Position numbers and translations under genes: made by a program. 64,000 nucleotides of DNA from contig JAIOPM010000013.1 in the NCBI GenBank assembly GCA_021413885.1, positions 1 through 64,000 of the forward strand, read 5' to 3'. Within the stretch, counting starts at the first letter, position 1. The number at the start of each line of letters is the position of its first letter. Below the pieces are notes generated by a model, which saw nothing but the letters and a program-made list of their open reading frames with translations, was not told where the DNA came from and ran no database searches. Shown here piece by piece: positions 1 to 9,004 of the stretch. The DNA comes from Planctomycetota bacterium (GTDB lineage: Bacteria > Planctomycetota > UBA1135 > GCA-002686595).

Positions 1-839
1 TCGTGCAGGCGCGACATGCCGCCGGGATTCGCGCCGCCGCCGGTGGTTTCGCCGACGAGCGTCGCGCGCTTCTGCGTCTGCAGGTTGTAGGCGAACTCCT
101 CGGCGCCGCTGAACGTGTAGTTGCTGGTGAGCACGTACACGTCCTTGTCGAGGTACTTGCGGCCGGGCACGGTCGGCGTCGTCCAGAACTGCTCGGTGGA
201 ATCGCTCGGGCGGAAGTAGAGGTCGTTGAGGTGGACGCGCTCCGCTCCGAAGAGGTAGCTGCAGATCCACGCGATCTGATCGGGCGCTCCGCCGCCGTTC
301 TCGCGGAGATCGATGATCAGCGCGTCGGTGTCGGCGACGAAGTTCATCACTTGGGTCACCTTCTCGCCGCCGACCGCGTTCGGCACGAACTCGCGGAAGT
401 CGATGTAGCCGACGTTGCCCTCGAGGCGCGCGACCTTGACGAAGCCGAAGTTGTTGCGCGCGGCCTCGACGCGGTAGCGCTCGTACTCCTGGTCCGGCGA
501 ATCGCTGCGGTGCGACTCCTCGTTCGCCGAACCGCCTTGTTCCTCGTAGCGGACGCGCAGGTGCTTGTCGTGGGAGATCGATTGCAGATCGTCGGTGAGC
601 TGCTTGGCGAACGCCTTGGCGCTGGTCAGCGCGTCGTACTTCTTCTGCTTCAGCTTCTCGCGCAGCAGCGTCGCCATCTTCTTCGCGACGTCGGGGAAGA
701 CGTAGTTCTCGTCGAGGTCCTTCGCGGCCTCTTCGATCACCGCGGTGCGCACCGCGGCGTCGATCGTCAGGTCCTTCGGTTCGGGGCGCGCGCCGAGGGG
801 CAGGTTCTGGAGGCAGAGGAGCAGCAGGAAGTGGAGCAT
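1..839 (-). CDS. S41 family C-terminal processing peptidase, partial (C-terminus runs off the window start). The N-terminus reads MLHFLLLLCLQNLPLGA, a signal peptide.
   Basis: Own translation of the reverse strand: ATG at complement of 837-839, open frame to position 1. Protein resembles tail-specific / S41 peptidases (..GNVGYIDFREF..LIIDLRENGGG..). Not in the ORF track because it has no stop inside the window. Confidence 0.7.
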   Translation of the reverse strand, partial: MLHFLLLLCLQNLPLGARPEPKDLTIDAAVRTAVIEEAAKDLDENYVFPDVAKKMATLLREKLKQKKYDALTSAKAFAKQLTDDLQSISHDKHLRVRYEEQGGSANEESHRSDSPDQEYERYRVEAARNNFGFVKVARLEGNVGYIDFREFVPNAVGGEKVTQVMNFVADTDALIIDLRENGGGAPDQIAWICSYLFGAERVHLNDLYFRPSDSTEQFWTTPTVPGRKYLDKDVYVLTSNYTFSGAEEFAYNLQTQKRATLVGETTGGGANPGGMSRLH

Positions 840-843
840 CGGT

Positions 844-1479
844 TCACCTGTTGGAGAGGGACTTCGCGCGCTTGGTCGCCGCGCGAGAGACGAGTCCGAC
901 GAGCAAGCAGTCGGCGAGCGCTTCGACGTCGCGCTTGAGCGCGGCGCGCGCGCCGAGTTCGCGCGGCGAGAGCGAATAGGGGAGCAACGAGTTGGTCGCG
1001 ATCAGCAAGGCGCGCGCGGTCGCGGCGGGATCGCGCACGGCGAACTCGCCGCTCTTCTTGCCTTCGCGGAGCACGCGGGCGAACAGCTCGGCCTCGGACG
1101 CGAAGTAGCGGTCGCGCCGCTCCATGTAGGCGGGACGCAGGACGGCGAAGAGCTCGTCGAGACCGTGGAAGTAGTCGCGGACCGTGTCGACGCGGTAGAG
1201 CACGCGTTCGAGCAGCATCGCGCGGATGCGTTCCGCCGCGGGCGTCTCGCTCGCGGCGAGCGTCTCGAGCCGCGCGCACAGGCGCTCGACCACGCGGTCG
1301 ATCGAGGCGAGCGCGACCTCCTCCTTGCTCGCGAAGTGCAGGTAGATCGTGCGCCGGCCGACGCCCGATTCGCGGGCGAGGTCGTCGAGCGTCGTCTTCT
1401 TGAACCCGAGCCGTCCGAGCAGCCGATCGGCCGCATCGAGGATCAGGTCGCGCGTCGGGGTGGTCGTCTCGGGGGCCAT
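844..1479 (-). CDS. TetR/AcrR family transcriptional regulator
   Basis: N-terminal HTH LILDAADRLLGRLGFKKTTLDDLARESGVGRRTIYLHFASKEE is typical of TetR. ATG at 1479 (the track ORF starts at a TTG at 1488). Lies 4 nt upstream of the S41 peptidase gene on the same strand. Confidence 0.8.
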   Translation of the reverse strand: MAPETTTPTRDLILDAADRLLGRLGFKKTTLDDLARESGVGRRTIYLHFASKEEVALASIDRVVERLCARLETLAASETPAAERIRAMLLERVLYRVDTVRDYFHGLDELFAVLRPAYMERRDRYFASEAELFARVLREGKKSGEFAVRDPAATARALLIATNSLLPYSLSPRELGARAALKRDVEALADCLLVGLVSRAATKRAKSLSNR

Positions 1480-1494
1480 GTGCCCCAAGGATAC

Positions 1495-1525
1495 GACTGC
1501 ACTAGATTGGTGTTGTAGTGCAGTC
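1495..1525. promoter_or_regulatory. Perfect 10-bp inverted repeat GACTGCACTA-N11-TAGTGCAGTC, 16 nt upstream of the tetR start. Candidate TetR operator, or a hairpin.
   Basis: Read directly in the sequence. No U-tract follows on either strand, so an operator is favoured over a terminator. Confidence 0.35.
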
Positions 1526-1557
1526 GGTAACGAGTGTGTCCGGCGGCGGACCTGCGC

Positions 1558-1776
1558 TCACCAGCCCGCGCGAATGGCGAGCCACATCCCGCCGAGAACG
1601 ACCGCTGCGAGCCCGTATTGCCAGGCCGCGCCTTCGACGAAGTACGGGTAGACCATCAACAACACGCCCGCCGCCATCTGAGGCGGTCGGTCGGCCTTCT
1701 TGCCGTACATGAGGAAGCCAAGGCCGACCGTGCTGACGGTCATCGACGCGAAGAGGTTGCCGGCGGAGAGATCCAT
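1558..1776 (-). CDS. Small hypothetical membrane protein (72 aa, two predicted TM helices)
   Basis: ORF with normal amino-acid composition and hydrophobic stretches (VGLGFLMYG..; LAAVVLGGMWLAI). No family recognised. Confidence 0.45.
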   Translation of the reverse strand: MDLSAGNLFASMTVSTVGLGFLMYGKKADRPPQMAAGVLLMVYPYFVEGAAWQYGLAAVVLGGMWLAIRAGW

Positions 1777-1850
1777 CGAAGGCTGGTACGGCGCATCGAC
1801 GAACGCCGCGCGAACTCTTCAATGGAAAAGCCGAAGTCGGCCCCGCGGTC

Positions 1851-2624
1851 TCACACACCCATTATGTGGTAGCCGGCGTCGACGTAGAGCGTGCTCCCCG
1901 TGATCCCGCGCGCGTGCGGCCCCGCGAGGAACAAACACGTATCGCCGACCTCTTCCGCCGTGATGTTGCGGCGCAACGGCGCCTTCGCCTGGATATGGTC
2001 GAGGATCGCGGTGAAGCCCGACACGCCCGCGGAAGACAACGTGCGGATCGGTCCGGCGCTGATCGCGTTGACGCGGATCCCGCGCGGCCCGAGATCGTGG
2101 GCGAGGTAGCGCACGCTCGCCTCGAGCGCCGCCTTCGCGATGCCCATGATGTTGTAGTTCGGCACGACGCGCTCGCTGCCGATGTACGTCAGCGTGATGA
2201 TCGAGCCGTCGCGGCCTTCCATCAACGGCAACGCGCGGCGCGTGATCGCGGTGAGCGAGTAGGCGCTGACCTCGTGCGCGACCATGTAGCCCTCCTTCGA
2301 CGTGTCGAAGAAGTCGCCTTCGAGCTCCTCGCGCTTCGCGTACGCGATCGCGTGCACGACGCAGTCGAGTCCGACGAACTCCTCGGCGGTCCGCGCGAAC
2401 GCGGTGTCGATCTCTTCCGGCTTGGTGACGTCGCACGGGATCACGATCGAGCCCGGCAAGTCGGCGGAGAGCTCGCGCACCGATTTCTCGAGGCGCTCGC
2501 CGGCGTAGGTGAACGCGAGCCGCATCCCGGCGCCCGCCAAGGACTGCGCGCACGCCCAAGCGAGCGAACGCTTGTTCGCGACGCCGAAGATGATTCCGGT
2601 CTTGCCTTCGAGCAGTCTTGCCAA
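1851..2624 (-). CDS. fabI: Enoyl-[acyl-carrier-protein] reductase (NADH) FabI
   Basis: 257 aa. GIIFGVANKRSLAWA .. YxxxK region .. SAGPIRT: strong overall FabI/SDR similarity. Confidence 0.9.
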   Translation of the reverse strand: MARLLEGKTGIIFGVANKRSLAWACAQSLAGAGMRLAFTYAGERLEKSVRELSADLPGSIVIPCDVTKPEEIDTAFARTAEEFVGLDCVVHAIAYAKREELEGDFFDTSKEGYMVAHEVSAYSLTAITRRALPLMEGRDGSIITLTYIGSERVVPNYNIMGIAKAALEASVRYLAHDLGPRGIRVNAISAGPIRTLSSAGVSGFTAILDHIQAKAPLRRNITAEEVGDTCLFLAGPHARGITGSTLYVDAGYHIMGV

Positions 2625-2906
2625 CGCGTTCTCCTCGTGGATGCGCCCGCGACGACCGCCGGGGCGCGCGGATCGTAGCCAGCGAGGGCGAAGGAGGCCA
2701 AGGCGCGGCTCGTTCGATCGCGAGCTCTCGTGCGTTGAAGGGGGAGCATGGTCACTCCCTCACCGACGATTCCGGCGCTGGATTGCATGGAACGACGCGG
2801 TTCGCGTAGCGCGCGCCGCGTTCGGAATCGGATGGTGAGGACCGCCCGCTCCGACCGTAACCTGGGCGCCGCGAACGAGCGCTCGCGCCTCGTCCCACCG
2901 ACGAAG

Positions 2907-3524
2907 ATGGAATCCTCGCACGCGCACGCTTCCTTGAATCCCTCGCTCGACCTGGGGGCCACTCGCGAATTGCTACCGCTCGCCCGCGGCGGCGACGCCG
3001 ACGCGAAGAGTCGCCTCTTCGTTCGCTACGAGCGTCCGCTCTCCCGTTTCCTGCACGCGCGGATGCCCGGCGGCGCGCGGGGCTTGGTCGAAACCCAAGA
3101 CGTCGTCCAAGAAGTGTTCACGCGCGCGTTGGAGTCGCTCGCCCAGCTCGAGTTCCGCGGCGCCGGCGCTTTTTGGGCGTACCTGCGCACCGTCGGGATG
3201 CGCTACGTCTTCGACCTGCAACGGCGCAGCCACGTGCGGCGCGCCGAAGCGTTGATCGTCGACGATTCGCACGGCGCGCCTGCGGCGATCGAAGCCAGTC
3301 CGCTCGCGCACTTGATCGGCTCCGAGCAACTCGAGATCTACGAACGCGCGTTGGCCAAGGTTCCGGAGCGCACTCGGCAAGCGTTGCTGCTGCGCATCGA
3401 GCTCGACCTCGACTACGCGGCGATCGCGAGCGAGCTCGACTACCCGTCGGGCGACGCCGCGCGGATGGCGATCGGGCGCGCGTTGAAGGAACTCGGCGAG
3501 GAGATGGGCCGTGGCCGAAGCTGA
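2907..3524 (+). CDS. ECF-type RNA polymerase sigma factor (sigma-70 regions 2 and 4)
   Basis: Region 2 (..LFVRYERPLSRFLHARM..DVVQEVFTRAL..) and region 4 (..LLLRIELDLDYAAIASELDYPSGDAARMAIGRALKEL) are present. Start placed at the internal ATG 2907, about 20 aa before region 2.1. The track ORF 2748-3524 has an Arg-rich, implausible N-extension. The stop overlaps the kinase start by 14 nt. Confidence 0.75.
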   Translation: MESSHAHASLNPSLDLGATRELLPLARGGDADAKSRLFVRYERPLSRFLHARMPGGARGLVETQDVVQEVFTRALESLAQLEFRGAGAFWAYLRTVGMRYVFDLQRRSHVRRAEALIVDDSHGAPAAIEASPLAHLIGSEQLEIYERALAKVPERTRQALLLRIELDLDYAAIASELDYPSGDAARMAIGRALKELGEEMGRGRS

Positions 3525-5244
3525 GCCCGCCAACGTCGGCTCGATCGAAGACCTCGCTCGGCGTATCGCCGACGGCGAGAAGATCGATTGGGAGAGTTGG
3601 ACGAAGGCGCAGGGCCTCGATCGCTCGGCGCTCGAGGCGCTGCGCACGCTCGAAGTCCTGCGCGATTGGCAACGCGGCTCGACGTCCGCCGTCGCGCCGA
3701 AGGTCGAGGGCTTCGAGATCCGCGAGGAGATCGGCCGCGGTAGCTACGCGCGCGTGTGGAGCGCGCTCGATCGCAAGCTCGGTCGCGAGGTCGCGTTGAA
3801 GGTCGTCGACGACGAGCGGCCGTTGTCGCTCGCGTCGCGCGAACGCTTCCTCGCCGAGGCGCGCGTCCTCGCGTCGCTCGATCACGCCAACATCGTCCGC
3901 GTCCATTCGGTCGGCGATTTCGAGGGCCGGCTCTACATCTGCCTCGAGCGCGTGCTCGGCAAGACGCTCGCGGACATCGTGCGCGAGAGCGGTCCGTTGA
4001 GCGCCGGCGAGGCGGCGCAGATCGGCGTCGATCTCTGCCGCGCGCTCGCCGCGTTGCACCAGAAAGGTCTCGTCCACCGCGACCTCAAACCGTCGAACGT
4101 GATGCGCGCGACCGGCGGTCGCGTCGTGCTGCTCGACTTCGGCTTCGCGCGTTCCGCGAGCGACGGTCCCGGTTCGCCCGGCGGCACGCCGCGCTTCATG
4201 GCGCCCGAGCAATTCGACGTCGCGCGCGAAGCGGGGCCGAAGGCGGACCTGTACGCGCTCGGCGTGATGCTCTACTGGCTGGTCAGCGATCGCTATCCGC
4301 ACGAGGCCGGCGATTTCGAGTCGCTGCGCGCCGCGGTGCTCGCCGGTCGCACGGTGCCGCTCGCCGATCGCGTGCCCGCGATCCCGACGGCGTACGTGAA
4401 GCTCGTCGAACGCGCGCTCGCGCCCGAAGCCAGTCGCTTCGCGTCGGCGGGTGAGATGGAGCGCGCGCTGCGGGCATTCCTGGCGGGAGTCGAGAGCTCG
4501 ACCCCGCCGTCGATCGAAGCCGCGCGCGCCGGCGAGCAAGAGTCCGCGCCGCGCTTGAACGTGCCCTGGAAGGGAATCCTGATCATGAGTGCATTCGTCA
4601 GTGTCCCCGCGGCGGCGTGGTGGGGCTTCGAGGTCCTTCAAGCGAACACGGACGCCGCGCTCGCCGAGCCCGACACCGGCTCGTCGTTCTCGATGCGGAT
4701 GATCTACCTAGGCTGCGCGATCACGGGCGGCGTGGTGCTCTTCATCACGCTCGTCCTGTCGTTGCTCGGCGGCGTACACGACATGGACGTCGGCCACGAG
4801 GTCGGCGGCCCCGGCGACGTCCACCACGGCGACATCGACAGCCAAGCGGTCGGGCTCTCCGTGCGCACGGTCGTCGCCTTCATCACGTTCTTCGGCCTGA
4901 CCGGCCTGGCGCTCGCGTCCACGAATGTCTCGGCGGTCTGGACGTTCCTCGGCGCGCTCGTCGCGGGCGGGCTCGCGTTCTGGCTGGTCGGTTTCGCGAT
5001 GCTGCAGCTCACGCGGCTGCGCGCGAGCGGCACGGTCGACATCCAGAACGCGGTCGGCACCCAAGCACGCGTCTACCTGGTGATCCCCGCGAACAAGTCG
5101 GGCACCGGCACCGTGACCGTACCCATCCAAGGTCGCACGCTCGAGTATCGCGCGATCACCGCGGGGGCGGAGCTCCCGACGGGTTCCTATTGCCGCGTCG
5201 TTTCGGTGCAAGCCAGCGACACGGTCGAAGTCATTGCTCTCTGA
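3511..5244 (+). CDS. Ser/Thr protein kinase fused to an NfeD-like membrane/OB-fold C-terminal module
   Basis: Hanks kinase motifs are present: GRGSYARV, VALK, HRDLKPSN, DFG, APE. Four hydrophobic helices follow (residues about 350-500). The C-terminal beta-rich tail VYLVIPANKSGTGTVTVPIQGRTLEYRAITAGAELPTGSYCRVVSVQASDTVEVIAL resembles the NfeD OB-fold. A flotillin gene starts 14 nt downstream. Confidence 0.75.
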   Translation: MAEAEPANVGSIEDLARRIADGEKIDWESWTKAQGLDRSALEALRTLEVLRDWQRGSTSAVAPKVEGFEIREEIGRGSYARVWSALDRKLGREVALKVVDDERPLSLASRERFLAEARVLASLDHANIVRVHSVGDFEGRLYICLERVLGKTLADIVRESGPLSAGEAAQIGVDLCRALAALHQKGLVHRDLKPSNVMRATGGRVVLLDFGFARSASDGPGSPGGTPRFMAPEQFDVAREAGPKADLYALGVMLYWLVSDRYPHEAGDFESLRAAVLAGRTVPLADRVPAIPTAYVKLVERALAPEASRFASAGEMERALRAFLAGVESSTPPSIEAARAGEQESAPRLNVPWKGILIMSAFVSVPAAAWWGFEVLQANTDAALAEPDTGSSFSMRMIYLGCAITGGVVLFITLVLSLLGGVHDMDVGHEVGGPGDVHHGDIDSQAVGLSVRTVVAFITFFGLTGLALASTNVSAVWTFLGALVAGGLAFWLVGFAMLQLTRLRASGTVDIQNAVGTQARVYLVIPANKSGTGTVTVPIQGRTLEYRAITAGAELPTGSYCRVVSVQASDTVEVIAL

Positions 5245-5258
5245 GAGGATCGAATTCG

Positions 5259-6905
5259 ATGCATCCGTTCTTGTCCCTTCCCGCTGCGCTCGTCGTGCAA
5301 GGTCGAGGCAACTCCCTCGCCGAGGCAGTCAATCCGTGGTTCGTGCTGATCATCGTCGCGATCCTCGCGTTCGCGATCTCGATCGGCGTGTTGCTCGTCG
5401 TGCGCTACAAGCGCTGTCCATCGAACCGCGTGCTCGTGGTCTACGGCAAAGTCGGCAGCGGCCAGTCCGCGAAGTGCGTCCACGGCGGCGGCACGTTCGT
5501 GTGGCCGCTGATCCAGGCGTACGACTACCTCAATCTCGAACCGATCCAGATCGAGGTGCCGCTACGCGGCGCGCTGTCGGCCGAGAACATCCGCGTCAAC
5601 GTGCCGTCGTACTTCACGGTCGCGATCGGCACGCAGCCGCAGATCATGCAGAACGCGTCGATTCGCTTGCTCGGCCTTTCGACCGACGCGATCAAGAACC
5701 AAGCGCTCGACATCATCTTCGGCCAGCTGCGTCAGGTGATCGCCTCGATGACGATCGAAGGCATCAACCGCGACCGCGATCACTTTCTGAAGAGCGTGCA
5801 GACGTCGCTCGAGCCCGAGCTCGAGAAGATCGGCCTGGTGTTGATCAACGTCAACATCACCGACATCACCGACGAGTCGGGCTACATCGAGGCGCTCGGT
5901 CGCAAGGCCGCGAGCGAAGCGGTGCAGAAGGCCGAGGTCGACGTCGCCGAGCAGGTCAAGCGCGGCCGCATCGGCGTCGCCGGAGCGGAGCGCGATCGTG
6001 AAGTCGAAGTCGCCGCCGCGACCAAGGTGCGCGAGATCGGCGTCAAGGACGCGGAACGCGAGATGTCGGTGCGCGTGGCGGAACTCGCGCGCGACCGCGC
6101 GGTCGGCGAGCAACGCGCCGCGTACGACCAAGAGATCCAGGTCCGCGAAGCCGATCGCCAGAAGCGCGTCCAAGTCGCCAAGGCCAACGCCGAAGCGGTG
6201 ACGGGCGAGAACCTCGCGCAGGCGACGATCGCGAGCTCGGAAGCCGAGCTGAAGGTCCGCCGCGCCGAGGCCTACGCCGTCGGCGAGACCAAGACGCGGG
6301 AGGCGGAAGCCGCGGTGCAGGCGGCGCAGTACCGCGCGCTCGCGATCGCCGCCGAAGCGAAGGCGAAGCAGATCGAGGCCGAGCAACGCGCTCAACTCGA
6401 AGCTCCGGCGAAAGCGCAGAAGGCGCGCATCATGGTCGACGCGGAAGCGTTGGCCGAGAAGACGCGCATCGAGGCCCAAGGTCGCGCGGCGGCGCAGGTC
6501 GTCGAGGCCGAAGCTCAGGCGAAGGCGATCTTCCTCAAGCTCGAAGCCGAAGCGCGCGGCCAGTACGAGATCCTCGCGAAGAAGGGCGAAGGCTTGCAGC
6601 GCCTGGTCGAAGGTTGCGGCGGCGCGGAGGCGGCGTTCCAACTGTTGATGCTCGAGCACCTCGACCACCTCGCCGAGACCGCGTCGAAGGCGATCTCGAA
6701 CATCAAGTTCGACAAGGTGACCGTGTGGGACTCCGGCGGAACCGGCGGCGGCACCTCGGGCTTCCTGTCGAGCCTCGGCAAGTCGATCCCGCCGCTGCTC
6801 GACGTGATGAAGAACATCGGCGGCGTCGAGATGCCGGCGTACCTCGGCAAGCTCACCGACCCGACCACCGGCACGCCGCCGGCGGGCGACAAGCCGAAGG
6901 ACTGA
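5259..6905 (+). CDS. floT: Flotillin (SPFH/band-7 domain protein, FloT-like, long EA-rich coiled coil)
   Basis: N-terminal TM segment WFVLIIVAILAFAISIGVLLVV, SPFH domain, then a roughly 250-aa Ala/Glu-rich coiled coil typical of flotillins. Start at the ATG at 5259 inside track ORF 4617-6905, whose N-terminal part is Arg-rich shadow. Confidence 0.85.
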   Translation: MHPFLSLPAALVVQGRGNSLAEAVNPWFVLIIVAILAFAISIGVLLVVRYKRCPSNRVLVVYGKVGSGQSAKCVHGGGTFVWPLIQAYDYLNLEPIQIEVPLRGALSAENIRVNVPSYFTVAIGTQPQIMQNASIRLLGLSTDAIKNQALDIIFGQLRQVIASMTIEGINRDRDHFLKSVQTSLEPELEKIGLVLINVNITDITDESGYIEALGRKAASEAVQKAEVDVAEQVKRGRIGVAGAERDREVEVAAATKVREIGVKDAEREMSVRVAELARDRAVGEQRAAYDQEIQVREADRQKRVQVAKANAEAVTGENLAQATIASSEAELKVRRAEAYAVGETKTREAEAAVQAAQYRALAIAAEAKAKQIEAEQRAQLEAPAKAQKARIMVDAEALAEKTRIEAQGRAAAQVVEAEAQAKAIFLKLEAEARGQYEILAKKGEGLQRLVEGCGGAEAAFQLLMLEHLDHLAETASKAISNIKFDKVTVWDSGGTGGGTSGFLSSLGKSIPPLLDVMKNIGGVEMPAYLGKLTDPTTGTPPAGDKPKD

Positions 6906-7245
6906 GCGAGCGATTCGAACTCCGCGGCTCGTTCGGGGTCACCCGGACGGGCCGCGGCTTCGTTTCCGTCGAGCGAAGTGGGGAAAACGGCGGGAGGGTG
7001 GCGCTGCGTCGTCCCTTCGATCGCGTTGCGCGCAACCGGCGCGTTCGGCGTGCATTCGTCGAATGGACGTCGGCCTCGGCGTTCCCACAGTAGAGGAGAG
7101 CTTTCGTTTCTCACCCCGAAACCTGCAACCGTCGCTAGCTTCAGCGGTCCGGAGGGACATCGAGGCAACCACGCTCGCGAAGCGTGCTCCGCTCGATCGT
7201 CCGTCCCGAACCAAGCTCCAGAGCCTCTTGCCCAGGCGCACACTC

Positions 7246-7971
7246 ATGTCCTCTTCCGCGTCTTCCTCGTCGCACGAACCCAAGCCTTCCCCCGCGACTT
7301 GCGCGCGGCCGTCCGAGGGTTCGACAGAGTCCGCGCGCAACCGGTCGGCGCGTTCCGCCGGCAAGAGCGAGGCGCTGACCTCCGGTAAGCGCGAGGCGTC
7401 GAACGTCGATTGGCGCGTGCTGTTCGCCGCCGCGGACTCGCGTGAGGTGCTGACGCGTCTGATGCACGACGACCCATTGGCGCTGCGCGGGCGCGTCGCC
7501 GCGCGCTTGTTCCAACGCTCGTACTTGCTCGACGTCGATCGCGCGCTGCTGCGCAGTTTCGCGCGCACCGCGCGCGCGGCCGACGGCTACCGCGGGAACC
7601 CGCCGCTCGAAACGTGGCTCGACGAGCGCATCGACGAGGCCCTCGCCGATCTCTTGACCGAGGACCACGAGGCCGCGCGCGTCGGCGCGCCGGTCGACGA
7701 ACGTCAGGCGGCGGTGTTCGCGACTCTCGGTCGGCCGCTCGGTCTCGATCCGGTCGCGCTGCGTTCCGCCTGCGTCGCGTTCAATCGCTTGGCCGTAGGC
7801 GACCGAGCGGCGTACTGCGCGCTGGCGATCCGCGGGCACTCGTTGGACGAGCTCGCTCACGAACGCGGCGAGACCGCGACCGACACCGCGCGGGCCGCGC
7901 GACGCGGACTCGACGCCTTGCTCGGCCCCGCGCCCGCGCACGAAGAACCACCCAAAGGAGGCCGAACATGA
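7246..7971 (+). CDS. Hypothetical protein with a sigma-70 region-4-like HTH and a degenerate ECF region-2-like segment
   Basis: C-terminal ..ACVAFNRLAVGDRAAYCALAIRGHSLDELAHERGETATDTARAARRGLDALL fits the sigma region-4 pattern. ..ETWLDERIDEALADLL resembles region 2.4. The N-terminus is low complexity. Start chosen at ATG 7246; the track ORF starts at 7063. Confidence 0.5.
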   Translation: MSSSASSSSHEPKPSPATCARPSEGSTESARNRSARSAGKSEALTSGKREASNVDWRVLFAAADSREVLTRLMHDDPLALRGRVAARLFQRSYLLDVDRALLRSFARTARAADGYRGNPPLETWLDERIDEALADLLTEDHEAARVGAPVDERQAAVFATLGRPLGLDPVALRSACVAFNRLAVGDRAAYCALAIRGHSLDELAHERGETATDTARAARRGLDALLGPAPAHEEPPKGGRT

Positions 7972-8966
7972 ATCGACGCGAACTCCCCGACGTTCGATCG
8001 GCGCCGGGTCACGACGGACCCGTTCCGCCCGACGATTCCGCCGACGCGCGCGCAGCGGCGCGTTTCTCGCTGGGCTTGCGGCGCGCCGACGAGGCGTGCA
8101 CCGACCAGGTGGCCTCCGGCGAACCCTGGCTCGCGATCGGCTTCGTACGCGCTCGCGCCGGTGCCTCGCGCGCGCTCGACGAGCTCGAGCGCGTCCACTG
8201 TCGCGAGTTGGGCTACCTGTTGCGCGAGGCCGCGCGGTTGCGCTCCTCACTCGATCCTGCGGCGCGCACGCTGCGTTGGCTCGGTTCGCGCCCGACCTCG
8301 GTCTCGGTCTGGCGTCGGGGATTCGAGGAACAGCTCCGCCTGCTCGAACGCGATCGCTGCGAGATGTCCCTCGACTTGGCGTGGCTGCTCGAACGATGCG
8401 GCGCCGAGGACGTCGCGGATTGGCCGGCCGCGCTCGAGCTTGCCGACGCGTCGCTCGCGATCGCGCCCGACGAGGTCGGTCGTCTCGAACGCGTGATCGC
8501 GTTGCTCGCCCGCGGCGACACGCGCCTCGCCGCGCAAGAGGCGGCGCTCGAGCTCGACCTCGCGCTCGCGCCGCGTCGCGAAGCCGAGTTCCTCGCCGCC
8601 CTGGCGCTCGCGCGTGAACGCGAGCGGCGCTTCGCCGCCGCCGCCCGTCTCCACGCCGCCGCGCTCGAGTGCGCCGAGCGCGTCGACTGTCGACTCTGGG
8701 CTGCCGCGCATCTGCTCTACCTCGCGCTGGTCCTCGGCGACTCCGCCCACGCCGAGCACGCGGCGGGCGTGTTGGCGCGGATCGCGACGCGCGACGACTT
8801 CGACCCGCGCGAGTTCGAGCGCTGCGCGCGCGAGCTCGGCGAGGCGACCGCGCTCCGACGCCGCGGCCGAAGCTTCGGCGTGCATCCGACGATGGAACGC
8901 CACTACCTGCGCTTCACCGCGGCGTCGACGCCGATCGTGCGCCGCGTGGCGGTGGCGCTCGGCTGA
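7968..8966 (+). CDS. Hypothetical protein (333 aa, predicted all-alpha), translationally coupled (ATGA) to the upstream gene
   Basis: ATG at 7968 overlaps the stop of the previous gene and is preceded by AAAGGAGG. Composition looks like a real protein. No family recognised. The track ORF 7614-8966 has Arg-rich N-terminal shadow. Confidence 0.55.
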   Translation: MNRRELPDVRSAPGHDGPVPPDDSADARAAARFSLGLRRADEACTDQVASGEPWLAIGFVRARAGASRALDELERVHCRELGYLLREAARLRSSLDPAARTLRWLGSRPTSVSVWRRGFEEQLRLLERDRCEMSLDLAWLLERCGAEDVADWPAALELADASLAIAPDEVGRLERVIALLARGDTRLAAQEAALELDLALAPRREAEFLAALALARERERRFAAAARLHAAALECAERVDCRLWAAAHLLYLALVLGDSAHAEHAAGVLARIATRDDFDPREFERCARELGEATALRRRGRSFGVHPTMERHYLRFTAASTPIVRRVAVALG

Positions 8967-9004
8967 AACCACGGACCCGATACCCCGATCTCCATCGACG
9001 AGTC

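Noticed and set aside
3-938. 311-aa plus-strand ORF at the window start
   Set aside because: Composition is Ala/Arg/Val-rich with no domain. It is antisense to a well-supported S41 peptidase reading frame on the minus strand, so it is a GC-driven shadow ORF.
2748-2906. N-terminal 53-aa extension of the ECF sigma ORF in the track
   Set aside because: The extension is Arg-rich (RRGSRSARRVRNRMVRTARSDR) and would place region 2.1 unusually far from the N-terminus. The internal ATG at 2907 gives a canonical-length ECF sigma.
3118-4641. 507-aa minus-strand ORF, Arg-rich, antisense to the kinase gene
   Set aside because: Extreme Arg/Ala bias (RRRGD.., RARSRSPRSRGRAR). It sits opposite a kinase with intact catalytic motifs. 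Typical shadow frame in 70% GC DNA.
6910-6935. tRNA-like TTCGAACTC T-loop-like string after the flotillin gene
   Set aside because: No flanking acceptor, D or anticodon stems could be assembled, and no CCA-end context. More consistent with part of a GC hairpin terminator.
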